In this document: one piece after another, positions 35,427-44,928 of the stretch
Layout of the letters: every line of letters begins with the position of its first letter
Position numbering within the stretch: position 1 is the first letter of the stretch
DNA from: a bacterium
GTDB taxonomy: Bacteria > Patescibacteriota > Saccharimonadia > CAILAD01 > JADZBC01
DNA length: 64,000 nt
NCBI GenBank assembly: GCA_020852295.1
Contig: JADZBC010000009.1
Location: 7,081-71,080, forward strand
Direction: 5' to 3'
Made by a program: the position numbers and the translations under genes
Notes under the pieces: model-generated
Told to the model about the DNA's origin: nothing
Seen by the model: only the letters and a program-made list of their open reading frames with translations
The model's database searches: none

Positions 35427-38400
35427 CCCTACGATGCCCAAGCCAACTGGCGGAAATAGGCCCAAACCAAACCCGCGACCCCAAGGTCAAACTGGTGGAA
35501 GCCAAAGTAGCGGATTTCGGCCAATGCAGAGTGAGCGTATGGGCCCGACAAAAAATGCCGCCAGGCAAGCCGGTGCACCGGTAGTAGACAAGGATCTAAA
35601 GGAGGGACTCCATGCCGAAACAAGGGCTGAGCGAGCTCAAGCTCGACAGGACCTTACAAAACGCGTTGAGCATGCTCGAGGTGGTGCTGCGGGTAAAGTA
35701 GCAGCAGCTAGGCAGGGTGGCACAAAAGAGGCTGCCGTTGAAGCTGGCAGGCAGGCGGCCGTAAAGGGATTTGAGAAGGGCGCCCAGTACGCGGCCGACG
35801 CCGCAACTGGTGGCGCAGCCGAAGCTGTAAGGCCAGTAATCAAGGCGGCCGCTAAGGCACTGGAATGGCTTTCGCGCAACAAGCGCTGGCTCAAGATCGG
35901 TGCGGTCCTGATATCGCCACTCATTTTCGTATTTCTATTAATCATATGGATTATTAGCGACCCTTTTGGATCAATTTCAAAAATTGGCTACACCGCGTTT
36001 AATGCCTTCAAAACTGCAGCTGGAGCAGCAATATCTGGTGCAGGATTTAGTGCCGAACTGACCATCAATGACCTCAATGAACAAATGAAGTCAGTGGCAG
36101 CAACCAATAGTGCAGGAATTATGCCGGAAGAGGGTACGATAGCATACAAACTCCTACAGATAGACGCAGAAAAAATTCAGACTAGCTCATACAATCCTGG
36201 AATACCCTTTAAGATTGAAACCAAAAAAATCAATGGTCCTGACGGAAGGTCGTATACCGTCATGGATAAGGTCGTAAATACAAACAGCGGATCGTCGATT
36301 AGCATTAAAGACGCCGCTAGCCCGACAGGCCCAATCGGCCAGAAAAACATTGTGGCCGCAGTATTGTCTCAGAAAATCCCAATCATGCAGTTTATGATCC
36401 GCCAGCCAGCGACGAGAAAATTAAACAAAGCACCAGACCTTGGGCTTGCGCTAAACTATGGCGAGAACAAAGATAATCAAAATGCAAATCTTAATCGGCC
36501 ATACGAAGAGCTTCAAAAGTTCCTAAAGGAAAAAACGTATAAACGCGTGCGTGGCTCCAGCATTACTCTGCCGACAGTAGGTGTTGTAGGTTCAGATGAG
36601 TCAAAATTAGTCACTCAAAAAATCGTCGATTCGATTAAAAAGGTTCAAGATGACATCGTAAAGGATTACGAGCCTTCGAAACTACAAATAGAGCTGCCAT
36701 ATGATCAATTTGGTCAAGAGCGCTTATCGCCAAAGCGAATAAGCAATACATTGTGTGCGTTCCAGGAAATTCTGCTGGATCCAAAGAATATTGCTAGTGC
36801 AGTAGAGAGTCGAGCAAATGCTGCTAGGCGTGATGGTGCAAAATTTATGACACTGAAAGACACTCATAATAAGGCAGCACTAGACACTAATGAGCTGAAG
36901 TTTAGTATTCAACAGATGGCTGACTACACAAAAAGTATGTCCTACCAGAGAATTGTATATGGCCGACTTTCGGGCGAGGCAGTTGATCCTGATGGGATTG
37001 GTCAGGCTGCTATGTCTATCACGCGAGAAAAGTATGACGCTAGCGCACAAACAATACTCCAAAATATGTCTGACACCTGCGGAACATTGCGCTACCTCGA
37101 CCAGCGAAGGGCCGATGAGGCTGCGGACGCGAGTGTCTGGTCGGATGAAAGTCCTAACAACTTTATCCGTACATACTATCGGGAAATCCGCACCGCAAAT
37201 GTTACTGTGCAGGATATACAGAGCTATTATGTTGAATATAGAGACAGTCCAACCTGCGATCCCCTGCGACCAAATAGTGACAGTAGTGATAAGGTTCGTT
37301 GTGCTGTTTATTCCTTTAGAATCGCAATCCTACGAAACTACTTCAACAAATTTCAGCAAGAGATATATCGTGGAAGCCAAAAATACTACACTAGCCCCGA
37401 GAAGGTAACACCCGAAGACATTACTACTCGACTTATTAAGATTGGCGCTGGGGTATCTACTACCGGCCTCGAGGATGGCAATCAAAATTTTTCACGAGCT
37501 ATACAGGGATTAAACCAGTTAAACTACGACTACAGTATGGTATACGGTGGTAGATTTTTGACAGATGCAGAAAATGACCAGAATGCAAAAGAGCTTGCCG
37601 AATTACGTGACTGGCAAACCAAAAACTACGGCATAGCATACCGGGTCTTTAATACCGATAATGTCAGTTCTATAGCTAGCCGGTTGATGCAGCACACCCC
37701 ACCTGAACCAAAACGCGCAATAGCCTGGATGTTCGGAAGTATATTGAAAGCGATAATTAACCCCATACGTACTTTTGCCACGATAGATGGTGCTGCCAAC
37801 TATGTGCTCAAAGGGGAACAAAATATTGCGATGGCCGCAGACCAAGCGGTTTACAATGATGCCCGATACAATAAAGCCAGTCCTGTCGGCTTCACTAAGC
37901 AGGAAACCTCAATCGACTGGAAAAACAATGCAAAGTTTATTGAGGCACTGAAGAAAAATAAAACGCAAGTAGTTGATCCTGACCCACTCGTAAATGGCGC
38001 AAAGGTTGACGCCAATACACTCTTTAGTAAATGGGACAACTGTTTCACCTCGAAGATTACATCGGAAATATATTTTGACGACAATTACCTAGCGGCGCTA
38101 AATTTTGGTGCCAATCTTCCCGAGATTCCTCAGCAAGAGAGAGATGAGTTTAAGCGTAAGTATGAACTCTTTAGTGGCTGTAAACCACTGCTGAGTAGTG
38201 CATCAAATAATATTAACTCGCTCCAAGTACAGTATCGCGTTTACCGTTTTCGATCTCTAGTATTGGACAGCCTAGTAACCCTGAGTAACGACGAGGAAGA
38301 TAAAAATCTCGACGCAAATGGCGACCAGGGTGCGACGCCCTCAACAAGCGCCGGGCCAGGGGGTCCAAGTGGTGTTAATGGACTTCAGAGCCCACCAAAC

Positions 38401-38904
38401 CTAGGAGCAGCAGATAGTCAGGGCTATTATCGTTTACCTCCATCCGCTGATGGCTCATACAGAACATATAGTACGCCTGGTGAGCAATGTGGTAGCCTTG
38501 CACTCATCCAAACACTCTATACAGTCTCGCAGGCCTGGAAGGCAAGATTTGGAGGCAATCTCTACATCGGAGACCTCAACGCCTCCGGCCACAAAAGTCA
38601 CCGCAACGGCGTAGATGTTGACCTTATTGCAATAGCGGGTGACGGCAGCCGGGCAGCCGACTACTCTCGCGGTGGTTATTCTAGAGATAAGACGATCGAA
38701 CTAGGAAAGATGTTCGTAGATACTGGTATCGTCACGGATATCGGATACCAAGATGGGCAGGCAGGGTCGGCTATTGATGCTTACTATAGGGAGAAGGGAC
38801 AGGGTAGTAGTGTGGTAAGGCCTTGGTCAGGGCACGATGACCACTTCCATGTGCGAATAAAGGATGAATTTAGAGGACCAAGGAGTGAGCGCTGTGCAAA
38901 CTAA
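35419..38904 (+). CDS. Giant membrane-anchored protein with a C-terminal LAS-type zinc peptidase domain similar to penicillin-insensitive murein endopeptidase MepA.
   Basis: 1161 aa. Basic disordered N-terminus, one TM (KIGAVLISPLIFVFLLIIWIISDPF), a long extracellular region, and a C-terminal NASGHKSHRNGVDVDL ... SGHDDHFHVRI (H..D ... HxH metal ligands as in MepA HQTGLDVDI / DDHFHVR). ATG overlaps the VirB4 stop (ATGGCTAG). Confidence 0.7.
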   Translation: MASPTMPKPTGGNRPKPNPRPQGQTGGSQSSGFRPMQSERMGPTKNAARQAGAPVVDKDLKEGLHAETRAERAQARQDLTKRVEHARGGAAGKVAAARQGGTKEAAVEAGRQAAVKGFEKGAQYAADAATGGAAEAVRPVIKAAAKALEWLSRNKRWLKIGAVLISPLIFVFLLIIWIISDPFGSISKIGYTAFNAFKTAAGAAISGAGFSAELTINDLNEQMKSVAATNSAGIMPEEGTIAYKLLQIDAEKIQTSSYNPGIPFKIETKKINGPDGRSYTVMDKVVNTNSGSSISIKDAASPTGPIGQKNIVAAVLSQKIPIMQFMIRQPATRKLNKAPDLGLALNYGENKDNQNANLNRPYEELQKFLKEKTYKRVRGSSITLPTVGVVGSDESKLVTQKIVDSIKKVQDDIVKDYEPSKLQIELPYDQFGQERLSPKRISNTLCAFQEILLDPKNIASAVESRANAARRDGAKFMTLKDTHNKAALDTNELKFSIQQMADYTKSMSYQRIVYGRLSGEAVDPDGIGQAAMSITREKYDASAQTILQNMSDTCGTLRYLDQRRADEAADASVWSDESPNNFIRTYYREIRTANVTVQDIQSYYVEYRDSPTCDPLRPNSDSSDKVRCAVYSFRIAILRNYFNKFQQEIYRGSQKYYTSPEKVTPEDITTRLIKIGAGVSTTGLEDGNQNFSRAIQGLNQLNYDYSMVYGGRFLTDAENDQNAKELAELRDWQTKNYGIAYRVFNTDNVSSIASRLMQHTPPEPKRAIAWMFGSILKAIINPIRTFATIDGAANYVLKGEQNIAMAADQAVYNDARYNKASPVGFTKQETSIDWKNNAKFIEALKKNKTQVVDPDPLVNGAKVDANTLFSKWDNCFTSKITSEIYFDDNYLAALNFGANLPEIPQQERDEFKRKYELFSGCKPLLSSASNNINSLQVQYRVYRFRSLVLDSLVTLSNDEEDKNLDANGDQGATPSTSAGPGGPSGVNGLQSPPNLGAADSQGYYRLPPSADGSYRTYSTPGEQCGSLALIQTLYTVSQAWKARFGGNLYIGDLNASGHKSHRNGVDVDLIAIAGDGSRAADYSRGGYSRDKTIELGKMFVDTGIVTDIGYQDGQAGSAIDAYYREKGQGSSVVRPWSGHDDHFHVRIKDEFRGPRSERCAN

Positions 38905-40906
38905 AAGTAAACTATTTTCTACCGCCAGTATTGCTGTTTTCATAATTTCTTTACTCCTGCAGCCCCTAAACACACTCGCCGCAAGTCCAGAACAGCGCAT
39001 TAATATCGAGCGTCGGCCCTGGTTTGACCCTACAGACATCGCCTGCACAAATACAACCGCTCCAGGCACAAACCAGTCTACAGTACAGCCGGGTCCAATA
39101 TATATCGTCGGCGACTCAGTGATGGATGGTGCAAAATCTAAGGTCGAGCCAACTATTACAGCAGCGGGTTGGCAGCCTAAATTCAACACTCTTGTATCGA
39201 GAAAGCTTAGCGGAACACCACCAAATCCTGATGGTTTTGGCGCTATTGCGCTTGATGGTGATTTTATAAAAACTGCAAAAGCTGTTGTGATCGAGCTTGG
39301 CACTAACCCTTCATCGGAATTCAGTAAAAAAGTACCTGAGTTTGTACAAGCAATAAAACAGCTAAATTCAGCCGTAACTATCTACTGGATTGATACGGCG
39401 AGCCCCGGTAGATCGGATTTTCAAAACCACATCAAAAACGCCAATACCGCTATCTATAACAACTCGACATCTTCGGGTTATAAAGTAATATCTTGGTTTA
39501 AGAAAGTGTTTGGAGATTCTTCTGATCCTCTCAACCCATCATCCACCGCACCAGACACCGGTAAGCTTATTTCGACAGCCGATGGGCTCAACGTTCACCC
39601 TACTGACGCAGGGAAGCAAGCAATGGCTGATATTGTGTTGCAGAATATCGGAGGACAAACTCCGGCACAAGCCGCCATTGCAATGAACACTCGAACCAAG
39701 GCGATTATCGACAGTCAGCTAAAAATACTAGCTGCTGACACCGGTCAGGCCAACACAGCACCAATTGCAGTCCCAGAACCATACGCCTCAATTTTCCCAA
39801 AGGCCGCTGCTCGACACGGCACAGACCCGATATTTCTCGCTACAATTTTTCTCGCTGAGCACGGCGGAGGATTCCCTAATCCGCCACCGCCATACGGTAC
39901 AGGTGGCCGCTGGGCAACGTCAAACAAGGGTGCTAATGGTCCATTTCAGTTTCTCGTGAGTACTTGGGCGGGTAAAAAACAAGATGCCGACAGAATGACT
40001 GTCAAGAAATTCAACTCGAACGAAACAATCGAGGTTGGTGGAGATGGTACAACAGACATTCAGGATCTAGCCGACGCCGCCTTTGGTGCAGCGCAATACC
40101 TTGCCGAGGCAGGTGGAAAAGTGGGGACCCCACTTGGTGATACCGTTAACCCTATGGCCGAGAACACACTTACCTCCGCTATGGTTGCATACAATGCAGG
40201 TGGTGGAAATCTTAACAAATGGAGGAGATGCGGAACCTCGCTGTCCTGTATCGGTGCAGCCGAGACTAGGAAATATGTAACAAATGGAGTGAACTACTAC
40301 CAGCGTCTTGGTGGACAGCTAAACGTTGATCCGGGTGCCACCACTACAAATCAAACCTGTAGCGATGGCTCGAGCACAACTCCTGGCGGCGGGCTCGGTG
40401 TATCTGCTGATGGCTTTGTATTTCCATTGAAAACCACTAAAGCAGTTATCCGGCAAGGAGCAGATGGCGCCGTATGGTGTATACAGGCCCAGAATAATTG
40501 CCACCATGATTACAATGCGGCGGACATTCATGCGCCAACCGGAACGATTGTAGTTGCTGCGAGAGGTGGGACTGTCTTAAGTACGAGAACTGAGGTTAAT
40601 TATGAAAACGGCAATACGCTCCGCATACAGGGTGATGATGGACTTTGGTATTATTACGCACATATGGGGGATGGGACACTGAAGGTGAAAAAGGGCGATA
40701 AGGTGACTGCAGGCCAAGAACTAGGAGCAGTAGGAACTTCAGCAGATGCTCAGGGAACGGCACCACACCTACACTTCGATATTGCAGACCACGAAAATGG
40801 CTTCTCCCGAGGACGTGGCGGTGCATGCGGATTCGAGTGCCAAAACTACCTCATCAATCCACAGCCTGTATTAATTGCAGCATTTGCTAAGTTACCGGAG
40901 AACTAG
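38894..40906 (+). CDS. Secreted tri-domain peptidoglycan hydrolase: SGNH/GDSL esterase, lytic transglycosylase (SLT) and M23 (LytM) endopeptidase.
   Basis: Signal peptide; IYIVGDSVMDG (GDS motif block I); SLT motifs AEHGGG...GANGPFQF...AYNAGGGN; M23 motifs HHDYNAADIHAPTGT...HLHFD. Start set to GTG 38894, which lies 8 nt after AGGAG. The track ATG at 38864 lies inside the upstream gene. Confidence 0.75.
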   Translation: MQTKSKLFSTASIAVFIISLLLQPLNTLAASPEQRINIERRPWFDPTDIACTNTTAPGTNQSTVQPGPIYIVGDSVMDGAKSKVEPTITAAGWQPKFNTLVSRKLSGTPPNPDGFGAIALDGDFIKTAKAVVIELGTNPSSEFSKKVPEFVQAIKQLNSAVTIYWIDTASPGRSDFQNHIKNANTAIYNNSTSSGYKVISWFKKVFGDSSDPLNPSSTAPDTGKLISTADGLNVHPTDAGKQAMADIVLQNIGGQTPAQAAIAMNTRTKAIIDSQLKILAADTGQANTAPIAVPEPYASIFPKAAARHGTDPIFLATIFLAEHGGGFPNPPPPYGTGGRWATSNKGANGPFQFLVSTWAGKKQDADRMTVKKFNSNETIEVGGDGTTDIQDLADAAFGAAQYLAEAGGKVGTPLGDTVNPMAENTLTSAMVAYNAGGGNLNKWRRCGTSLSCIGAAETRKYVTNGVNYYQRLGGQLNVDPGATTTNQTCSDGSSTTPGGGLGVSADGFVFPLKTTKAVIRQGADGAVWCIQAQNNCHHDYNAADIHAPTGTIVVAARGGTVLSTRTEVNYENGNTLRIQGDDGLWYYYAHMGDGTLKVKKGDKVTAGQELGAVGTSADAQGTAPHLHFDIADHENGFSRGRGGACGFECQNYLINPQPVLIAAFAKLPEN

Positions 40907-40907
40907 T

Positions 40908-42188
40908 ATGAACCAACAACAAGAACGCAGGAAGCTAATCATTTATACCGTCCTTACAGTCGCTGCGATCCTCGCGATTTACTGGATTATCCAATTTCTT
41001 ACAACTGGTGAACTTAAAGTCACAACAAGCAATAAATCAGCGGAAATAAACATCATTGACCCCGCCACCGGCAAAGTAAGTCAATTTGTGGGCAAAGGCA
41101 GCGGGAGTATCCGCCTCAAGCCTGGTACCTATACAGTTGAGGCAAAACTAGATGACCGGATAACGCGAACTGGATTCGAAATAGTGACATCTAAGACAAC
41201 AAGTAAGAATTTACAGATTACAGACATTAAGTCTCCTAATCAGTTTTTGTACTACTCAGCAAGTCATCTTCATGCTAAAGATAACATACTCTATTTTAGA
41301 AACGATTCTACCAGGGAGTTTAATAAATTCAACTCTTCTGAATCAGAGCCAACCGTAGTCGAGGAGAGTTTACCAGAGATAAGCACAATCCACTGGGCTA
41401 CTGGGGGCAACCTCGCGCTGCTTGAGACATCAGATAATATTTTTTATTACTTCGAGGATGGAAAAATCCGAGTAGTAGATATAAGTGCACCTAATGGCTT
41501 GCTCTATCCGGACAGCAGCAAACCAGACGAAGCCGAAGAAAGTGACGTTAATAGCCAGATTCTACATGCACAGGTGAATGAACTTGGGGCATTTGCCTTC
41601 ATTGAAGAAGGAAAAGTTTTTTACAAACCAAGCCTGGCGGAGAAGGCTAAGCTTGTTACGAATAGGCAGCTACTGAGCGATTCTATACTCGAACTTTCTA
41701 ACAAAGGGTTAATAGCTTTAGTAACATACGAATCACTGGGGCAGGAAAATATCACTTCTAAGGACATCTCAAAGCGAGCAATAGAAATATACAATTCTAA
41801 GAACAACGAAAAAACAACCTTGTCGACAAAGGAAATTCCTGGATTTATGAGTTGGTCACCTGGCGGCGATAAGTTGGTCTATTCAGACGGACAAAACATC
41901 ATGCTTTACAACGATAACGATAAGTCAACCAAAATTGCCTTAGGTAATCGTGGGGAGCTCTCTACATTCATAAGTTGGATCAACGATGATACTATGATTT
42001 TTCCAGACAAAACTAGCCTATGGAAGTACGAGGTTGCTAGCAACACAACAACTAAGATAGCAAATATCCCTGCCGGTATGCTTGTTCAATCTCTCGGTGT
42101 CGATAGCAACGAAAAAACAGTTTTTCTTAGCACTAAGCCAAACTCTCGGTTCGACGCCTTCGGCAATGTCTACCGACTCGATCTCTAG
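40908..42188 (+). CDS. Membrane-anchored beta-propeller-like protein (TolB/WD40-like repeats). It is AT-rich.
   Basis: N-terminal TM (LIIYTVLTVAAILAIYWIIQF) and repeated motifs IHWATGGNLALLETSDN, WSPGGDKLVYSDGQNIMLYN, TFISWINDDTMIF typical of propeller blades. ATG 40908 chosen 1 nt after the upstream stop. Confidence 0.5.
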   Translation: MNQQQERRKLIIYTVLTVAAILAIYWIIQFLTTGELKVTTSNKSAEINIIDPATGKVSQFVGKGSGSIRLKPGTYTVEAKLDDRITRTGFEIVTSKTTSKNLQITDIKSPNQFLYYSASHLHAKDNILYFRNDSTREFNKFNSSESEPTVVEESLPEISTIHWATGGNLALLETSDNIFYYFEDGKIRVVDISAPNGLLYPDSSKPDEAEESDVNSQILHAQVNELGAFAFIEEGKVFYKPSLAEKAKLVTNRQLLSDSILELSNKGLIALVTYESLGQENITSKDISKRAIEIYNSKNNEKTTLSTKEIPGFMSWSPGGDKLVYSDGQNIMLYNDNDKSTKIALGNRGELSTFISWINDDTMIFPDKTSLWKYEVASNTTTKIANIPAGMLVQSLGVDSNEKTVFLSTKPNSRFDAFGNVYRLDL

Positions 42189-42457
42189 CGCACACTCACG
42201 GCGATAAAGCGTACACCTTCGACACCGCGTTTTGTAATCTCTTTAAGGATATCCTGCGCGGCATGCCGCAGTTCACTCGCAGCCGCGGCGTCCTCGGTCG
42301 CAATCTTAATGACCCCATTCTTGTAGCTAACTACTCGTACCTCAATGCGAAGCATATCAACAATCGCAAGTTTTACCTCGGTCATGACGTCAAGCTTCTG
42401 CATGCCAAGACTATCGGCACGCCGACTCAGTATGTCCTTGATGTCATCCATGGCCAA
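42185..42457 (-). CDS. DUF721-like small protein, as in the conserved recF-associated position.
   Basis: 90 aa, located immediately downstream of recF with a 14-nt overlap, matching the common dnaA-dnaN-recF-DUF721 arrangement. Confidence 0.55.
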   Translation of the reverse strand: MAMDDIKDILSRRADSLGMQKLDVMTEVKLAIVDMLRIEVRVVSYKNGVIKIATEDAAAASELRHAAQDILKEITKRGVEGVRFIAVSVR

Positions 42458-43517
42458 CCCCGCTCAAATCGATCACCTGAATATCCATATTGCTCATCCC
42501 ATCAAGCTCGGTTGCAGTGATGAATGTTTGTTGTTGCCCAACGATAGCTATGAGATGCTGTCGGCGGCGCTCATCGAGCTCGCTAAATACATCATCCAGA
42601 AGAAGGGTAGGGCGCTGTAAAGTCTTCGCCTGCATATATTCAATCTCAGAGAGCTTCATTGCCAAAATAAGCGTTCTCATTTCGCCGCGTGACACGATTT
42701 CGACAACCGGCCGATTGTCGCGCAGAATACTAAAATCATCACGATGTGGTCCCAAAGTACTAAAACCGGCCGCCACGTCGCGTACATGGGCCCTGCGCAG
42801 CTCTGAGAGGTATTCATTGTCCATGCTTACACTCGGCCGATACTCCAAAACAAACTCATGGGTAAGGTTTGCGATGCGACCATACTCGCCATTGAGCTGG
42901 TCGGCCATAGTCTTAAGGAAGTCAGCTCGAGTAACCATAAGGTGTTGTGCTGGTTCAGCCAGCTGCACATCAAAAACAAAAAGCTGATCTGACAGACTCG
43001 CATCGTCTGCTCGACCATATTTTTTAGCTTGATGGAGGAGACTGTTGCGCTGCTTAAGTATGCGCCGATAGAGCGATAACTGCTTCATATAGGCGCGATC
43101 GACTTGCGATAATATCGTATCCAAATAGCGTCGGCGCTGACTTGGCCCATCATAGAGAAGCGACAGATCCCTGGGCTCAAAAAGAACTACCGGATGACGG
43201 CCAACTAAGTATGAAAGAGGTTTTTTAACATCACCCAGTAGAGCTGTCTTGTGGTGACTGTCGCCAGTAACAACATACCGAACCTCTGTCATTTCATCTT
43301 CATGCTGACAGCGAACCTTATAAAAATCAGCCTCAAAATTTACGAGTTCGGGATCGTGCGCTCGAAATGACTTTGTCGTAGCGCTTACATAGATCGATTC
43401 GAGTAGGTTAGTCTTGCCGACGGCATTTGGGCCAATAATCGCGACGATAGAGGATGTAAAATCAATACCAAAATCTTTGTAGGATCGAAAGTTGGTTAGC
43501 GCCAGATGCTTGATCAT
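42444..43517 (-). CDS. recF: DNA replication and repair protein RecF.
   Basis: Walker A GPNAVGKTNLLESI, SMC-like signature and Walker B LLLDDVFSELD. Confidence 0.9.
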   Translation of the reverse strand: MIKHLALTNFRSYKDFGIDFTSSIVAIIGPNAVGKTNLLESIYVSATTKSFRAHDPELVNFEADFYKVRCQHEDEMTEVRYVVTGDSHHKTALLGDVKKPLSYLVGRHPVVLFEPRDLSLLYDGPSQRRRYLDTILSQVDRAYMKQLSLYRRILKQRNSLLHQAKKYGRADDASLSDQLFVFDVQLAEPAQHLMVTRADFLKTMADQLNGEYGRIANLTHEFVLEYRPSVSMDNEYLSELRRAHVRDVAAGFSTLGPHRDDFSILRDNRPVVEIVSRGEMRTLILAMKLSEIEYMQAKTLQRPTLLLDDVFSELDERRRQHLIAIVGQQQTFITATELDGMSNMDIQVIDLSGVGHG

Positions 43518-43523
43518 ACATGC

Positions 43524-44630
43524 CTAGCTACGTAGTGGCATAATAATGTGTCGATACGAGGTATCCTGTTCACCTTTGACAGGCGTGACAAGACAGGGGT
43601 TGAGCTTGCCTGAAATACCAAGTTTAACGGTCGGGGTTTTGACGACTGTCAATACATCAAGTAGGTATTTAGCATTGAGCGAGATTTCACCAGGATCACC
43701 AACGAGCTTGGTCTCGAGTGAAGATTGGTTTTCGCCAACCTGGGCGGCACTACTCGAAATTGACAGCTTGCCAGCCTCAAACGTCAGCTTGATCGTATTG
43801 GCAGTTTCTCGAGCAAAAAGACCTGCTACCTTAATCGTTGAGAGTAGTTCGGCCGTATCAACTACCGCTTCCGTCTCATTCTTATCAGGAATTATTTTTT
43901 TGTAATCAGGGAATTTACCCTCAATCAATCGAGAAACAAGCCGAATGTCGCCCATATTAAACTCTATCTCTGTCTCGGTTGCGCCAACTTCAACATCACC
44001 CTCGTACTGAGAGAGGATTCGAATGAGTTCGTTGACCGTCTTCGCCGGCACGATAAAATCAGCATCCGCCTTTTGCTCTTGCGTAAGGGCAACAACTGAT
44101 TCAGCGAGTCGATAGCTATCGGTCGCAGCTAATAGCAACTCTTTTCCGCGAACAGAGAAGACCACACCAGAAAGAACCGGTCGAGACTCATCAACAGCCG
44201 CCGCAAACCCCACCTGACTGAGCGCGGTGACGAGTGTTGCCGCTGGAAATGAAAGCGATGTGGTTGGCTTGATGACCGGCACATTCGGAAACTCTTCACT
44301 CGCAATCCCATTAATGGTTGACTCGAAGTTAGTCGTCTTGATGTGGAGGTTTTGTGCCGCCGCGTTGAGCAGTAGCTTGTCGCTGGGGAGGGAATTGATG
44401 AGCTCGGTCAGAAGGCGAGCAGGCACACTGAGGCTGCCATCAGTTTCAACCTTGGCACCTACCTGATAAACGATAGCTATTTCTAGATTTGTACCAATTA
44501 CTTCGAGTCGTCCCAAGTTTGCCTTGAGTAATACGTTAGAGAGTACGGCTAGGCTCGATCGATTACCTACTACACGACTCACCACGTTTAAGGCTTTACT
44601 TAAATTTTCTTGAATTACTGATACTTTCAT
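43524..44630 (-). CDS. dnaN: DNA polymerase III beta sliding clamp.
   Basis: 368 aa with a three-domain clamp pattern (MKVSVIQENLSKALNVVSRVV... ; ...LNPCLV...), positioned between dnaA and recF. Confidence 0.9.
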   Translation of the reverse strand: MKVSVIQENLSKALNVVSRVVGNRSSLAVLSNVLLKANLGRLEVIGTNLEIAIVYQVGAKVETDGSLSVPARLLTELINSLPSDKLLLNAAAQNLHIKTTNFESTINGIASEEFPNVPVIKPTTSLSFPAATLVTALSQVGFAAAVDESRPVLSGVVFSVRGKELLLAATDSYRLAESVVALTQEQKADADFIVPAKTVNELIRILSQYEGDVEVGATETEIEFNMGDIRLVSRLIEGKFPDYKKIIPDKNETEAVVDTAELLSTIKVAGLFARETANTIKLTFEAGKLSISSSAAQVGENQSSLETKLVGDPGEISLNAKYLLDVLTVVKTPTVKLGISGKLNPCLVTPVKGEQDTSYRHIIMPLRS

Positions 44631-44928
44631 ATTTATCCCCTCAAGCTATTGCTTATTATAAGTTAATTAATAAATAGTAGTGATAGTAATAGTGTCTGTG
44701 GATAGCTTGGAAAAGTCGAAAAAACACTATGTTTATCGTTTGTTTTTGTTTTCTACACTGTGTACAAGCACTGCATACGAATATGTGTGTAAATGTATAA
44801 CTTGTGCATGTTTTGTGTTTTCATAATCTAGTGAGTCTGTCAATTGTGTTTATCTAGTGGAAAAACACACGGTTTTAAACAACTATTACACAACTTATCC
44901 ACCACTTAACCACAGGGCCTGTGTATAA
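44631..44928. promoter_or_regulatory. AT-rich dnaA-dnaN intergenic region with DnaA-box-like 9-mers, a candidate oriC half.
   Basis: TGTGGATAG at 44697-44705 and TTATCCACC at 44895-44903, plus AT-rich tracts. Confidence 0.45.
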
